DNA of 63,635 bases, the filler included, from Myxococcota bacterium (GTDB taxonomy: Bacteria; Myxococcota_C; UBA6777), in the NCBI GenBank assembly GCA_023150835.1. It is 4 parts of 4 records of this genome, joined end to end, with 100 filler letters (N's around TTAATTAATTAA, not from the genome) between each part and the next. Parts side by side here need not be neighbours in the genome. Positions count along the whole stretch, not along the records: positions 32,449 to 48,044 come from JAKLKB010000148.1; positions 48,145 to 63,635 come from JAKLKB010000149.1; 2 more parts are not named here. The stretch is one strand, 5' to 3'. Position 1 is the stretch's first letter; each line of letters opens with the position of its first letter. The position numbers and the translations under genes were made by a program. Of this stretch, positions 42,901 through 52,962 are shown in pieces. Below the pieces are notes generated by a model, which was not told the origin of the DNA, ran no database searches, and saw only the letters and a program-made list of their open reading frames with translations.

Positions 42901-45900
42901 CAAACATCCGCCTGTCTTGGGTTCGTCTCGCCCCTGAAGGTGAAAAGCCACTCGGACAAGCCGTTGTATCGGTCGGAAAAGATGGCAAAGGCAGCCATTC
43001 GCTGACGGTCTCACAGGGAGGCCAGATCCTTGTACGCGCCCAAACCAACGATGCCCAAGGCCATCCGATCAGCGTCGAACATCGGCTCTACATCAGCGGC
43101 CAAGAAGACAAACAAGTCTTACGCTTGTTGAGTGATCGCGACCGCTACTTTGTGGGCGAGACGATCCAAGTCCGTCTGCTCAGTCGCCGCACAGGTCCCG
43201 CCTTGTTGACATGGGAATCCAACGGTATCTTCAAGCACGAATTCCTGCCTGTGCTCCAAAAGGGCGAAAGACTGTTCAAATTTGAAGCTGAAGATGCGCT
43301 TGGAGCGAACTTTGCGTTCCATGTGACGCAGCTTGAGGGGATCAAGATGCACACCGCGCACACGGTGTTTGCCCTCCAACGCTTCCTCAAAGTCCACATC
43401 ACTCCCCGTCAAAAAGAGTATGCCCCCGGCCAGATCGCCGAAGTCGAGATCCGCACCACCGATCAATCAGGAAAGCCCGTTGCTGCAGAGCTTTCGGTTG
43501 CGGCCATCGACGAGTTGTTGTTGTCGTTTTCTCCCGACACGACGCCTCGACTTGAGGATATCTTTTACAAGGCCCAACACCGCCTTGGGATGATCACCCA
43601 AGCCTCTTCGACCTTTACGTTCCGCGCTCTGAGCAAGCTGATCCCACAGACCTTGTTGTTGATGCAGCCCAACCTCGATCCTACCGCAGGCGATGGTTCG
43701 CGCCCCGAAGGCTCCGCCGCTGCCACAAGCAACGGCTACTACCAGCGGCGGGGTTCCTATGGGCAAAACGCATACGGTGGATTGCGCAGCCGTCGCTACC
43801 GTCGTTATCGCCGCTACCCAAGCTACCAACAGCGCTTCATGCCTCGCCAAAGCGCCTACAACAAACAGATCCTCAACAACGAGATCCAACGCCCCCAAGC
43901 CTTTGAACTGAACAGCATCAACGTCCAAGGCCGCGTCAGCCGCCCTGATACGTCCGTCCTCACAGGCAAAGATGGACAGATGCAGACCGATCAGATGCGC
44001 CAACGCTTTGCATCGACCGCGTATTGGCAAGCAGCGCTACACACCGATCAAACGGGCCGGCTGGTGATCAAGATGCCGCTGCCCGAAAACACGACGACTT
44101 GGCGGATCATCGCACGAGGCATCGCAAAGCCCCTGTTGGTGGGCCAAGGCGAAGGCCGCTTGACCGTCCGAAAAGAGGTCTTTGGTGAACTCAAGCTGCC
44201 GCTCACCCTGACCGAAGGCGACCGCTTCCAACCCCGCGCCGTCCTGCACAACCAAAGCCAACAAGATGTACACGTCCGCGCCACGCTCGCCCTACAAGCC
44301 CTCGGACAGATCCGCACCGTCACACTCAAGATGCCCGCAGGAACCAGCAAAGAAGTGTTCTTTGGTGAAGTCTCCACCGACGGCGCAGGCGACAAAGAGC
44401 TTCAAGCCACGCTCACCGTGATCGGTGTCCTCGGCGATCAACCCTTTGAACTGCCCAAGGCTGTCACCCCGCACAAGCGTTGGAGAGATGCTTCGGCCCA
44501 AATGCTGCGCATCATCCCTCAAGGTGTCGAAGTGACGACAGGTGCGGCGGGGATCTTGAGCGAACGCACCACACACGCACTCCAACTCCCCGCCGATGGG
44601 GATCTGCGTCATATCCGTTTCCAGATCCGCTTTGGAACACATACCCCCGCTTGGTTGTTGCACATCGCAGAAAAGCAGCCTTCCGCTGCGGGTGTGCCGG
44701 GTCTGTTGCTGCTGCGCGCTGTCAGCCTCGCCGCTGCGCTGCGTTATCTGGACGCCCAACAACAAGGCAACACTCCGCAAAGCCTCCGCCTTCGCGCACA
44801 ACTCGAACAGCTTTTCCGCGCCTTGCTGCCTCGCCAATACAGCAACGGTGGATGGGGCTTTACAGACAACACCGCCTCTTCCTTTTACAGCGCCCTTGCC
44901 TACATCACCCTCCAAGAAGCCGCGCAGAAGAAGTGGGTGCAGTTCGATCTGTCCGATCCGCTGCGCAAAGTCTTGCAGTATCTCCAAAATGACGCCTTAC
45001 CCAGTACCAACGACGACTTCAACAAACTGGTGATCCTCTACGCGATGGCCCACGCAAACACCGACGCAAGCACGCTGTTCACTTACATCAACCAGTTCTT
45101 GCGCCGCCGCAGCCGTCTGTCCTTGCGCAACTTGGCCTCGTTGAGCCTGTTGCTCGCTAAGCTCGAACGCTTCGATCTTTGTGCGCAACTGATCGCCCCG
45201 ATCGCAGCGAAGATGCGTGCTGCACAAAAGCCCCTTGCGCCTCGGCACTCGTCGCTCTATCCGATCCGCCCGATTTACGGGGTCGCGCTGTATGACGTGG
45301 GGCTTGCGATCGAAGCGCTTTCGCTGATCGCTCCAACTCACGCAGCGCTCGAAGAAGGCGTGCGTTGGTTGCTCGGCCAGCGGCGCGGTCGCGGGTGGGC
45401 CTCGATGTATGCCACCACCCAAGCCATACGCGCTTTGTTCGCGTATTACCAACACTTCCCTGCCCAGACCAAGCCAACCCGCGTGGCGATCCACCTCAAC
45501 GGTAAGCTCTGGAAAGAAGTCACCCTCTCTCAAGATGTCCCCGCCCAAACCCTCAAAGCCTTCCACCTCCCCAACCAAGGCCGAGTCCACGTCTCCTTGG
45601 TTCCCGAAGGCAACGCCAAGCTGCATTATGCCGCGCAGCTTTCGGGCTTTACCACCAAGCCTGACGCCTCGCTTTACAAGGGTGCCTACCGGATCAACCG
45701 CTATGTCACCGCCGCTCCCTTGCAGATCGATGGCCGCACCATCACCAGCGGATTTGGGGTCTTGGCCTACGGGACCTTCAAGCCTTGGCGACAGGCCGTC
45801 CAAGAACTGCCTTGGGCCGAGACCGCCAACGTCCAGATCGATATCTATCGACGTTCGGGAGAAAACGAAGAGATCATCCTCGAAGAAGCCTTGCCGGGTG

Positions 45901-47879
45901 GGGCGTATGTGTCTCCTGCTTCGATCAAGTTGAGCGACGGGCATTACAGCATCGAACGCGGTAAGATCCGTTTCTTCCTCTACCCAAGCAGCGGCAGACA
46001 TCACGCGATCCACTACCAACTCAGCGGCATCCATCCCGGGCAATTCCACCAAGGACACACCAGCGTCCGCAGCTTCGCCATCCCCCAACGCCTCAGCCTT
46101 GGCCGACCATCGAAACTCACGATCCTTTCACAAGGACAGCAACCCAGCACCCAACGGCGTCTGACGCCCGATGAAGATTACACTATCGGAATGCTGCACT
46201 TTTCCGCTGGACGCCTCGAAGCTGCCGAAAAGCACTTGCGCCCGTTACTGGAACGCTACACGCTCAACGCTTATCCGCTCAAACACACCGCACGCGCTTT
46301 GCTTTCGATCGCCCTCAAGCGTGGGCCCAACCACGCCTTGATCAAAAGCTTCGAGATCCTCAAAGACCGCTTCCCCGATACCGAACTGTCCTTCGCAGAG
46401 ATCCTCCAAGTCGGCCACACCTACGCCGAACAAGGCGAATACGAGCGCGCTTTCATGGTCTTCCAAGCCACCCTCGCCGCCCTCTTCCTCCAAGAGATCA
46501 AAGTCGCCAAGACCCTCGAAGAAGAAGGCGAGTTTGCGGCAGCTTCGAGCTTTATCGAGTCGCTGTGGCGGCGTTATCCCGATCTGCGCGTGGTCCAAGA
46601 AACCTTTTATGCACTCGCCCAATCGGTCTATCAGTTCGCCGAAAAGTGCAAGTCCAAACCGCTCCCCGTCCAACGGCATTGGCTGCAACAAGCCGAACAA
46701 CTGTTCGCACGATTTGTCTGGATGTATCCGACCCATCCCTCGGCAGATATCGCAGCTTATTCACGCGCAAACATCCTGATGGAACAAGAACAGCGCCCCG
46801 CCGCCATCCGCTACCTCAAGCACATCACCCAGCGCTATCCCCAAAGCACACGCCTCGCAGGGATGCACTACCTCCAAGCCTACGCGCATTATCTCGAACT
46901 CCAGTACACCCCCGCTCTCCAACTCCTCCAGCGCGTCAGCCAAGAACACTACCCCGACGGCAAAGGCAGCACCCAAAAAAGCGTGGACCGTTTCCTCGCT
47001 CGCTACTTGATCGCCCAGATCTACCACGCGCAACAACAATACAAACAAGCCCTTGTCTGGTATCGAAAGATCCAAACCCAATTCCCCGACGCCGACGCCC
47101 AATCCCGCTATCTCTCCCAGATCCAACTCCGCTTGCCCGAAGTGACGACCCTCACCCCCAACAAACCGCCCCGCCTCCAGATCAAACACCAAAATGTCCA
47201 ACAAGCCACGCTGCTTGCCTATTATGTGGATCTGATGAAGCTCTACTTGCTCAAAAAAGACCTCAGCACCGTGACACGCATCAACCTCGCAGGCATCCGA
47301 CCCACGTTCCAAAAGCAGATCCAACTCGGCACCAACGAAGAATTCGCCCTGCGCACCACGTCCATCGATCTCCCCCTAACTCGCCTCGGCGCTTATCTGC
47401 TCGTCCTCAAATCCAAAGACCGCGAAGTCTCCGGCATCGTCCTTCGTAGCTCCCTGCATCTCGATGTCCAACAAGACCCCAGCGACGGGCGTGTGACACT
47501 CCACCTCCAAAAAGACACCTCCCTCGCTCCCGTCCCCAAAGCCCTGACTCGCGTCGTGGGAAGCACAGACGGGCAGATCCGCAGCGGTCGCACCGATCTA
47601 CGCGGTATCTACACCGTCGAAGGTGTGCGCGGACTCGCCACCATCATCGCGCAATATGGCGATGAATACGCCTTCTTCCGTGGAAAACAATTCCTAGGAC
47701 AACCCACCTCCTCCCAAACCACCTCCCCCTACGCCCCCACACCAACCGCCGCTCCTCGCAGCAAGTTCGATGCGCTCGAAAACGTCCGTAGTGGCAACTG
47801 GATGCTTCAGAAAAAAGGACGCATCCAACTCGATCGGCTCTATCAACAAGAACAACGCGGCGTTCAACTCAAGTTCTAA
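39951..47879 (+). CDS. TPR-containing alpha-2-macroglobulin family protein
   Basis: YTDRSVYLPGE (MG2), AELSVAAIDE, R..F..TAYW, LPENTTTWRIIARG, W.S...T; TPR arrays at both ends; signal peptide. Confidence 0.88.
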   Translation: MQERPTLNVPYEGYPPCSMAQRSLRLLLSGWFASTLWIGAALAAPPPTPAPPKDAKAPKAPSAAKIEHPSIQDPRDRALTELLADRKADQAIKQIEGLLKDKAGRTPLRVFLLGRALLQKKRYAQAAAAFLEVAQNKDKNNFFAEKAAMLVAEAHAQDRDFAKAQKIYGDAVRRFLSPAHRTQLAGMYLRYAQKYLGQAKEQPNQQHTLKRKAATFFSRALELELPQDQAQSIRLALGQVYLDLSDYQARSTFEEARKIEKKGKLADAFTFFFAKALEQQSNPTRARILWQDFLRDFPRSERAPEAHLALAENYLRLAYSRKLFLDLGVDALHRLAKQFPSHKLARTALYRVGEVFFQHRRYKEAQAAFQTFVNQFARAAAPEGDRLMAQARYHIAMSAYHQGHEEESIRSFSTFLQEHPTDSLWPQAQRLIITARYQIAEKAYKKKLYAKARAHYEDFFKQYPLDGRAAMVMWQLAQIEVAQKHWQPAIDAYARLHSKYPYDHYGYRSGLEIGKLYEVQIKDYEKAIKAYEKVQGWPFRSQAQAAIQRLKRKELTLHTPRIFNTHEEGHLFAEVRNLKKLSVKMYKVDAETYFRKMHRFGGMDALDIELIRPDKEWEITLKGRRYEQVKQKITLPEKAPMIALLHVSGGGLQATSIAIRSDLQIVSKMNRETIFVFAIDQRLRKPLAGVQLLISSGSKILYEAKTGPDGSYRLRDRKLRKHTNLHVLALHQGSVAASHSLLTSLPFHPGLTYAGLIYTDRSVYLPGERVQLKAILREVKHNQYSVPTRPYTLTIANPDRQEIFRQILRPNALGTLHTHFQSDANAPLGNYTVTLHRKRGPTFTGSFDIRHYTLPRYLLSIDAKRKVYVRGETIQGHIAARYGFGAPAANQHIFYTFADRTYKGKTDAKGQLAFTLPTRELDIDRSFSMRAEIQGEQAHASTNFWLQGTLFSLSLKTLRKIYAAGERFHLSITAKDRADQPYAANIRLSWVRLAPEGEKPLGQAVVSVGKDGKGSHSLTVSQGGQILVRAQTNDAQGHPISVEHRLYISGQEDKQVLRLLSDRDRYFVGETIQVRLLSRRTGPALLTWESNGIFKHEFLPVLQKGERLFKFEAEDALGANFAFHVTQLEGIKMHTAHTVFALQRFLKVHITPRQKEYAPGQIAEVEIRTTDQSGKPVAAELSVAAIDELLLSFSPDTTPRLEDIFYKAQHRLGMITQASSTFTFRALSKLIPQTLLLMQPNLDPTAGDGSRPEGSAAATSNGYYQRRGSYGQNAYGGLRSRRYRRYRRYPSYQQRFMPRQSAYNKQILNNEIQRPQAFELNSINVQGRVSRPDTSVLTGKDGQMQTDQMRQRFASTAYWQAALHTDQTGRLVIKMPLPENTTTWRIIARGIAKPLLVGQGEGRLTVRKEVFGELKLPLTLTEGDRFQPRAVLHNQSQQDVHVRATLALQALGQIRTVTLKMPAGTSKEVFFGEVSTDGAGDKELQATLTVIGVLGDQPFELPKAVTPHKRWRDASAQMLRIIPQGVEVTTGAAGILSERTTHALQLPADGDLRHIRFQIRFGTHTPAWLLHIAEKQPSAAGVPGLLLLRAVSLAAALRYLDAQQQGNTPQSLRLRAQLEQLFRALLPRQYSNGGWGFTDNTASSFYSALAYITLQEAAQKKWVQFDLSDPLRKVLQYLQNDALPSTNDDFNKLVILYAMAHANTDASTLFTYINQFLRRRSRLSLRNLASLSLLLAKLERFDLCAQLIAPIAAKMRAAQKPLAPRHSSLYPIRPIYGVALYDVGLAIEALSLIAPTHAALEEGVRWLLGQRRGRGWASMYATTQAIRALFAYYQHFPAQTKPTRVAIHLNGKLWKEVTLSQDVPAQTLKAFHLPNQGRVHVSLVPEGNAKLHYAAQLSGFTTKPDASLYKGAYRINRYVTAAPLQIDGRTITSGFGVLAYGTFKPWRQAVQELPWAETANVQIDIYRRSGENEEIILEEALPGGAYVSPASIKLSDGHYSIERGKIRFFLYPSSGRHHAIHYQLSGIHPGQFHQGHTSVRSFAIPQRLSLGRPSKLTILSQGQQPSTQRRLTPDEDYTIGMLHFSAGRLEAAEKHLRPLLERYTLNAYPLKHTARALLSIALKRGPNHALIKSFEILKDRFPDTELSFAEILQVGHTYAEQGEYERAFMVFQATLAALFLQEIKVAKTLEEEGEFAAASSFIESLWRRYPDLRVVQETFYALAQSVYQFAEKCKSKPLPVQRHWLQQAEQLFARFVWMYPTHPSADIAAYSRANILMEQEQRPAAIRYLKHITQRYPQSTRLAGMHYLQAYAHYLELQYTPALQLLQRVSQEHYPDGKGSTQKSVDRFLARYLIAQIYHAQQQYKQALVWYRKIQTQFPDADAQSRYLSQIQLRLPEVTTLTPNKPPRLQIKHQNVQQATLLAYYVDLMKLYLLKKDLSTVTRINLAGIRPTFQKQIQLGTNEEFALRTTSIDLPLTRLGAYLLVLKSKDREVSGIVLRSSLHLDVQQDPSDGRVTLHLQKDTSLAPVPKALTRVVGSTDGQIRSGRTDLRGIYTVEGVRGLATIIAQYGDEYAFFRGKQFLGQPTSSQTTSPYAPTPTAAPRSKFDALENVRSGNWMLQKKGRIQLDRLYQQEQRGVQLKF

Positions 47880-48044
47880 TCCGTAGCCGCTCGGCTGGGG
47901 GAAGTTGCGGGGTTCCACCCCATACGCGCTAGGTGAAGCCAAGGAAAGCCCCCCACCCCAGCCCCACTTGGACCAACTCATGCCATTCGTTTGCGATCAT
48001 CCTTCCTACAATATCCGTCAAAAGCGTATCCATAAGCGTCGATG

Positions 48045-48144
48045 NNNNNNNNNNNNNNNNNNNNNNNNNNNNNNNNNNNNNNNNNNNNTTAATTAATTAA
48101 NNNNNNNNNNNNNNNNNNNNNNNNNNNNNNNNNNNNNNNNNNNN
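48045..48144. other. Artificial contig linker
   Basis: N-TTAATTAATTAA-N. Confidence 0.98.
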
Positions 48145-48149
48145 TAACA

Positions 48150-48505
48150 TAGCGAGATCTGAACGCGATATCTCCGCGTAATGTATGATCGCATGATGTA
48201 GGGGCGGTTCGCGAACCGCCCGATGGTTGGGCAGCCACAGGGGGCTGCCCCTACATTTTTACGATAACTCAACGGGCGGATTTCGTCTGAGAGGGGACAT
48301 CACAAGACGTCCATTCCTCCGATGTTTCTGTCTACCAGTCCAAAAGATCTCGCTATGTTAGACACCCTCTGGCGCGGTGGACAAAAAACCCCGTATTCGC
48401 ACCCGTCGCAAGCGACAGAGTCGCTTGTTTGAAAAACGACGATCTATTCGCCAAAACGGGGTCAAGGGGCGACAGTCCCTTGTGGGGTGTGGGGTGACAC
48501 CCCAC
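48150..48505. repeat. REP doublet (48198-48254) plus GGGGTCAAGGGG-family repeat (48380-48505)
   Basis: Near-duplicates of 12423-12563 and 12284-12403. Confidence 0.8.
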
Positions 48506-48711
48506 CAGATAAACCAACCGCGTAAGTCCGATCCAGATACGAGAGAAAAAGATTTTTGGGTATTTCTTGCGTCTTCTGTTGATAGGAGAACGGAGAAGGT
48601 CGAAAAAAACTTGATGCTTTTTTTGAAAGATTTTTTTAGGGCGCAAAGCGATTTGTTTTTGGTGTGCCAGAAGGATGTGGCGAGGATACGGAGAGGGGAG
48701 GTTTAGCGGCG

Positions 48712-51171
48712 TTAGCGGCGTTTGCGTTGTTTTTTGCGGGGCTTGGGTGCGGAGCGGGCGTAATGGAGGCCGCGACAAGAAGAGAAGAGAGCGCGTCGTG
48801 CGCGGGGGCAGGAAGGTACGCGCAGGGATCTTCCTGCGGGGAGGCGTCCGATGGGGATGTCGGGGTTGAGGGCGCGGAGTTGCCAAGGAGTGGTGCAGAC
48901 TTGACAAGCGAGCCATCCGAGGGGTTCGCCGCCTTTGGTGCGGTAGGTGGTGAGGGGAGCGTTGGCAGCGGCAGCAAGGCGTTGTGCAGGGATGCGGAGA
49001 GTGATGCGGGGAGGCAAGTTGCGGGAGGGGGAGAGCGGTTTGGGGCAATGCTTGCGAGCGATCGAGCGGATCTTGTAGGAGATCTTGCGATCTTTTTGTT
49101 TGATGCAAAGGGTGGCGAGGGGGAGAGCGGTGGAGGTTTTGCGTTGTTGTAGTTCTTTGGAAAAGGCGGACTGATGGTCTTTTGTGAGAGTGGGCGTATT
49201 GGCTTTGAGGAGTGTGGAGAGGGGGATGTTGTAGCGTTTGGCGATGCGGTAAGGCGTTTCGCGTTTTTGAGTGGTGTGGAGCTTGGTGGAAGGTCCGGAG
49301 CGTTGGTGTTTTTTGAGGGCAGCTTTGATCGAGGCGAAGCGTTGGATGGGCAGGCGGAGTGGAAAATACGCAGGGATGGGATGATCGGGATCAGCGAGCA
49401 ATTTTCGCAGCATGGGGTTGTAGAGGTCGAGTGTTTTTTTGGAGAGTTGTGTGAGCTTGAGCAGATCCTCAAGCCAGAGGGGTTCGGGCAACAAGAACTC
49501 GCGGAAGCGGATGGGTTTTTGGGCGGCGCGGTGGGAGGCGCGTTGATCGTTGTGGATGAGCAGAGCGGAAGCGAGGAACTTGGCGTAAAAGTTTCGTCCA
49601 TCAAAGCCGAAGCCACGGTTGCGGGAGCGTTGGATGATGACATCGAGCTTTTTGGTTTGGAGGCGTCGGGCTTCGTTGAGGATGCGTCCGGGGCCTTGGT
49701 TGTAGGAGGTGATCGCAAGAGGCCATGATGTGGGGAAAAAATGGCGGCAGAGTTTGATAAAGCGCGAAGCTGCGTGGGTTGCGAAGATGGGATCAAAGCG
49801 TTCATCGAGTTTGCGGTGGGGGATGGACTTGTTTTGTGGAGGGACGAACAGGCCCAATTCTTTGGCGGTATCGGGCATGAGTTGCCACAAGCCGAGCGCG
49901 CCGACAAAAGAGCGGACCCATGGGTTGTACATGGATTCGACGAAGGGGAGGGCGGAGAGTTGTGGGGGGAGTCCAGCTTTGCGGAGGGTGGCTTGGATAT
50001 GGGGGCGATAACGGCGTTCGATGCGCAGTCCGTGTTGAAAGAAATGGCGGTAGCTGCTTTGCCAAGAGAGCTTGGTGCGGGCGAGATAGCGAAACATCTT
50101 GTGCCAGCCGGAAGTTTGGTAGCGAGGCTCTTTACGGATCTTGCGATAAAGCTGTCGGGTCGAGGCGGACAGCCCTTTGAAGGCGTGATGCCAGCGTGTG
50201 CGGTCGATGGATTCGGGCTGATAGCGCATGAGGTTCCAACAGATGGCGCGCAAGCGTTTTTTGTCGAGTTCTTGGAGGCAGGCGCGTTGTCGGTTGCGCG
50301 ATTGGGCGATGGCATCGGCTTCAGCGCGGGCTTCTTGTGCGGCGAGTTCTTTGAGTTGCGTGCGGATGTTCTGAAGTGCAGCAGCGCTGATCTCGCGGCG
50401 TTTGTTGGTTTTGATGCGGCGCTGTGCGGGTGTTTCGGTGGGGGAGAGTTCTGCGCCCGGGGTGGGGAGTTCTTTGAGGATGATGCGTGTTGGAGGATCA
50501 AAGAGGATGGCGTCGGCTTTTTGTGCGCCGCCGAAGACTTGGTGCCAAAAGCGAACACGAGCGGCGATCGGAAGAGGGACGGGAAAGACGCCGAGTTGCT
50601 TGGGGAGTTGAAAGTCAGCGTTTCGCAAAGCGCGGGTGCTTGGGGTGGGGACGCCGATCTTTTTGAGGGCAGCATCCAGAGCGTGTTGATCCTCGATGGC
50701 AAGGGCGTGTTTGCTGCGGCTGCTTCTACGCGGCGTGGGCGTCTCCTCGCTGTCGAAAGAGTCGGAAGAGACTGAACGAGCGGTCTTTTGAGTGCGTTTG
50801 CGGGCTGCTTTTTTGGTACGCTTGCGAGCGGTCTTTTGGGTGCGTTTGCGGGCTGCTTTTTTGGTGCGCTTGCGAGCGGTCTTTTGAGTGCGTTTGCGGG
50901 CTGCTTTTTTGGTGCGCTTGCGAGCGGTCTTTTGGGTGCGTTTGCGGGCTGCTTTTTTGGTGCGCTTTTGGGTGGAGGTGCGGAGCTTTTTTGTGCGTTT
51001 GCGGGTGGTTTGTTCGCGGGCGATGCGTTTGGTGGAGCGCGGTCGTGGCTTGGGGGTGTGATCTTCTTGTGGTGATGGGGTGTTGTTGTCGGGCTTGGCT
51101 TCGAGGGGGAGCGGCAGAGCGAGGCCTAGGCCCAAGAAGAGAAAGAAGAGGGGGAAAATAAGCTTTTGCAT
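48712..51171 (-). CDS. Lytic transglycosylase with LysM domains (MltD-like)
   Basis: LP.VES.Y, GALGLWQLMP, AITSYNQG, NFY.KFLA; LysM-like 'ET...IAKRYNI....L..AN' and 'LRALNP'; signal peptide. Confidence 0.88.
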   Translation of the reverse strand: MQKLIFPLFFLFLGLGLALPLPLEAKPDNNTPSPQEDHTPKPRPRSTKRIAREQTTRKRTKKLRTSTQKRTKKAARKRTQKTARKRTKKAARKRTQKTARKRTKKAARKRTQKTARKRTKKAARKRTQKTARSVSSDSFDSEETPTPRRSSRSKHALAIEDQHALDAALKKIGVPTPSTRALRNADFQLPKQLGVFPVPLPIAARVRFWHQVFGGAQKADAILFDPPTRIILKELPTPGAELSPTETPAQRRIKTNKRREISAAALQNIRTQLKELAAQEARAEADAIAQSRNRQRACLQELDKKRLRAICWNLMRYQPESIDRTRWHHAFKGLSASTRQLYRKIRKEPRYQTSGWHKMFRYLARTKLSWQSSYRHFFQHGLRIERRYRPHIQATLRKAGLPPQLSALPFVESMYNPWVRSFVGALGLWQLMPDTAKELGLFVPPQNKSIPHRKLDERFDPIFATHAASRFIKLCRHFFPTSWPLAITSYNQGPGRILNEARRLQTKKLDVIIQRSRNRGFGFDGRNFYAKFLASALLIHNDQRASHRAAQKPIRFREFLLPEPLWLEDLLKLTQLSKKTLDLYNPMLRKLLADPDHPIPAYFPLRLPIQRFASIKAALKKHQRSGPSTKLHTTQKRETPYRIAKRYNIPLSTLLKANTPTLTKDHQSAFSKELQQRKTSTALPLATLCIKQKDRKISYKIRSIARKHCPKPLSPSRNLPPRITLRIPAQRLAAAANAPLTTYRTKGGEPLGWLACQVCTTPWQLRALNPDIPIGRLPAGRSLRVPSCPRARRALFSSCRGLHYARSAPKPRKKQRKRR

Positions 51172-51279
51172 CGGATTCTTGGGTTCCTTTGCCCAACCTT
51201 CGCTGTTGGGGGTATGGGGGAGCGGTCAAGGAACAGAGGCACATTCAAGCAAACAGAGGCGTTGTGTGGGATGCGCTGC

Positions 51280-52812
51280 TTAGCCTTGGAACTGGGCAAG
51301 CAGGGCGCAGATCTTGTCTTGTGCTTTGCGAAAGAGTTTGTTGTGTTTGACTTTGCCATTCATCAGGATCGAGACGATCCAGAGTCGTCGATCTTGGGTA
51401 AAGACATAGCCCGAAAGTGAAGACACGCCGTCGATGGTGCCTGTTTTGGCGCGGAGTCGGCCTGCTGCGGGTGTTTTTTTCATGCGCGTGCGCAACGTGC
51501 CGTCGCGTGCGGCGATCGGTTGGGCCACAAAGTATTCGGCCCATCCATCGAGGTCTTGGAGTTGTTGCAACAAAACGCGGGTGATCTGTTTGGGCGAGAA
51601 ACGGTTGCTGCGTCCGAGGCCCGAGCCATTTTTCATGGTGTATGTGTCGGGGGAGATGCCGATGCTACGGAGGTCTTCGGCGACGATGGCGAGACCTTTG
51701 GCCCACGTCCCGGGGGATTCTTTTTGCACAGCGGCGAGGGTTTTGAGGATCTGCTCGGCGGTAAAGTTGGAGCTTTGTTTTCCGACGGCTTGTAAGAGGA
51801 TGCTGAGCGAGGGGGAGTTGTGTTTGAGCAGGAGGGCCGCTTTTTGGGGGACGGTGCCGCGGGTGGGCCAGCGATTGACGCGGATCTTGGCGCGGTAGAG
51901 AAGCTCTGCAAAGGTGAAGGCGGTGTACCATCCGGGATCAGAGACGCGCCGCCAGAGGGAAAAAGCGGGTGCATCTTGGGCGATCTCTCCCGAAAGATGG
52001 ACTTCATCGCGGTTTCCTTTGGCGAGGACTTTGATCTTGATGTTGGTTTTGCCGCGTGCTGCGGTGGTTTTGACTTGGTGGACGATCTTCTTGATGTAGT
52101 AGCTGGACGGCTCGATCATGGCGGTGGCCTTTCCACCGACTTTTGCGCTTGGGCGGAGGTGGATCGTCAGGGTGTTGTAATTGAGTGAAAGCGCGCCCAC
52201 TCCCGCAACATAGGGTCGGTAGCGGTGGTGGCTGTGATCTTTCCATCCGTCGCCGAAGTATTGTCGATCAAAGAAGCTATCATCGAAGACGATGCGCCCC
52301 GTTACACGGCGCAGACCGAGGCCCACAAGATCCTGCACGATCCGCCAAAGCTCTTCGGAACGTAGGCTGGGATCGCCGCTGCCTTTGATGTAGAGGTTGC
52401 CTTTGAGTAGGCCTTTGGCGTCGATCGGGTTGTCGCTGTGGAGGGTTGTTTCGTAATGGTAGTGAGGCCCGAGGTGTTTGAGGGCGCTCATCATGGTGAA
52501 GATCTTGGTATTGGAGGCGGGGATGAAGGTTTGTTCGGCTTGATGGGAAAAGATGTGCTTGCCTTGGGTGTCGACCACCAACACACCCAAGGAGGTACCT
52601 TGGAGTTTGGGATCGCGGAGGATCTGGGATATCTCTTTTTGGAGGGCTTGGAGGGCGTCGTCTTTGATGGGGGGAGCGGCAGGAAGGAGGACTTGGAGAG
52701 AGGGTGGCGGTGCGGAATGGAGGGGCAGCGCGAAAAAGAACAGACTGCACAAGAGGCCGGATGTCAGGAGAGTTCGATACGTCCATGAGGAAGAGAAGGT
52801 CCGAGACACCAT
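51280..52812 (-). CDS. dacB: D-alanyl-D-alanine carboxypeptidase/endopeptidase (PBP4, peptidase S13)
   Basis: PASNTK (SxxK), GSGDPSL, SSN (SxN), GSGL.R and AKTGT motifs. Confidence 0.93.
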   Translation of the reverse strand: MVSRTFSSSWTYRTLLTSGLLCSLFFFALPLHSAPPPSLQVLLPAAPPIKDDALQALQKEISQILRDPKLQGTSLGVLVVDTQGKHIFSHQAEQTFIPASNTKIFTMMSALKHLGPHYHYETTLHSDNPIDAKGLLKGNLYIKGSGDPSLRSEELWRIVQDLVGLGLRRVTGRIVFDDSFFDRQYFGDGWKDHSHHRYRPYVAGVGALSLNYNTLTIHLRPSAKVGGKATAMIEPSSYYIKKIVHQVKTTAARGKTNIKIKVLAKGNRDEVHLSGEIAQDAPAFSLWRRVSDPGWYTAFTFAELLYRAKIRVNRWPTRGTVPQKAALLLKHNSPSLSILLQAVGKQSSNFTAEQILKTLAAVQKESPGTWAKGLAIVAEDLRSIGISPDTYTMKNGSGLGRSNRFSPKQITRVLLQQLQDLDGWAEYFVAQPIAARDGTLRTRMKKTPAAGRLRAKTGTIDGVSSLSGYVFTQDRRLWIVSILMNGKVKHNKLFRKAQDKICALLAQFQG

Positions 52813-52962
52813 CGTTTTTTCTTCGTCCTTTTGGGGTTGCGCTTTCGTCCGTGGAGCGCGCTGGACGGTTGGCGGAAAAGCTACGCTTCAAGGTTAACAA
52901 GCCTTGGAAGGCGTTGCAAATTTCCCGCGTGGGTGTCTAGGCAGGGCTGCTTTCGGTGTGGT

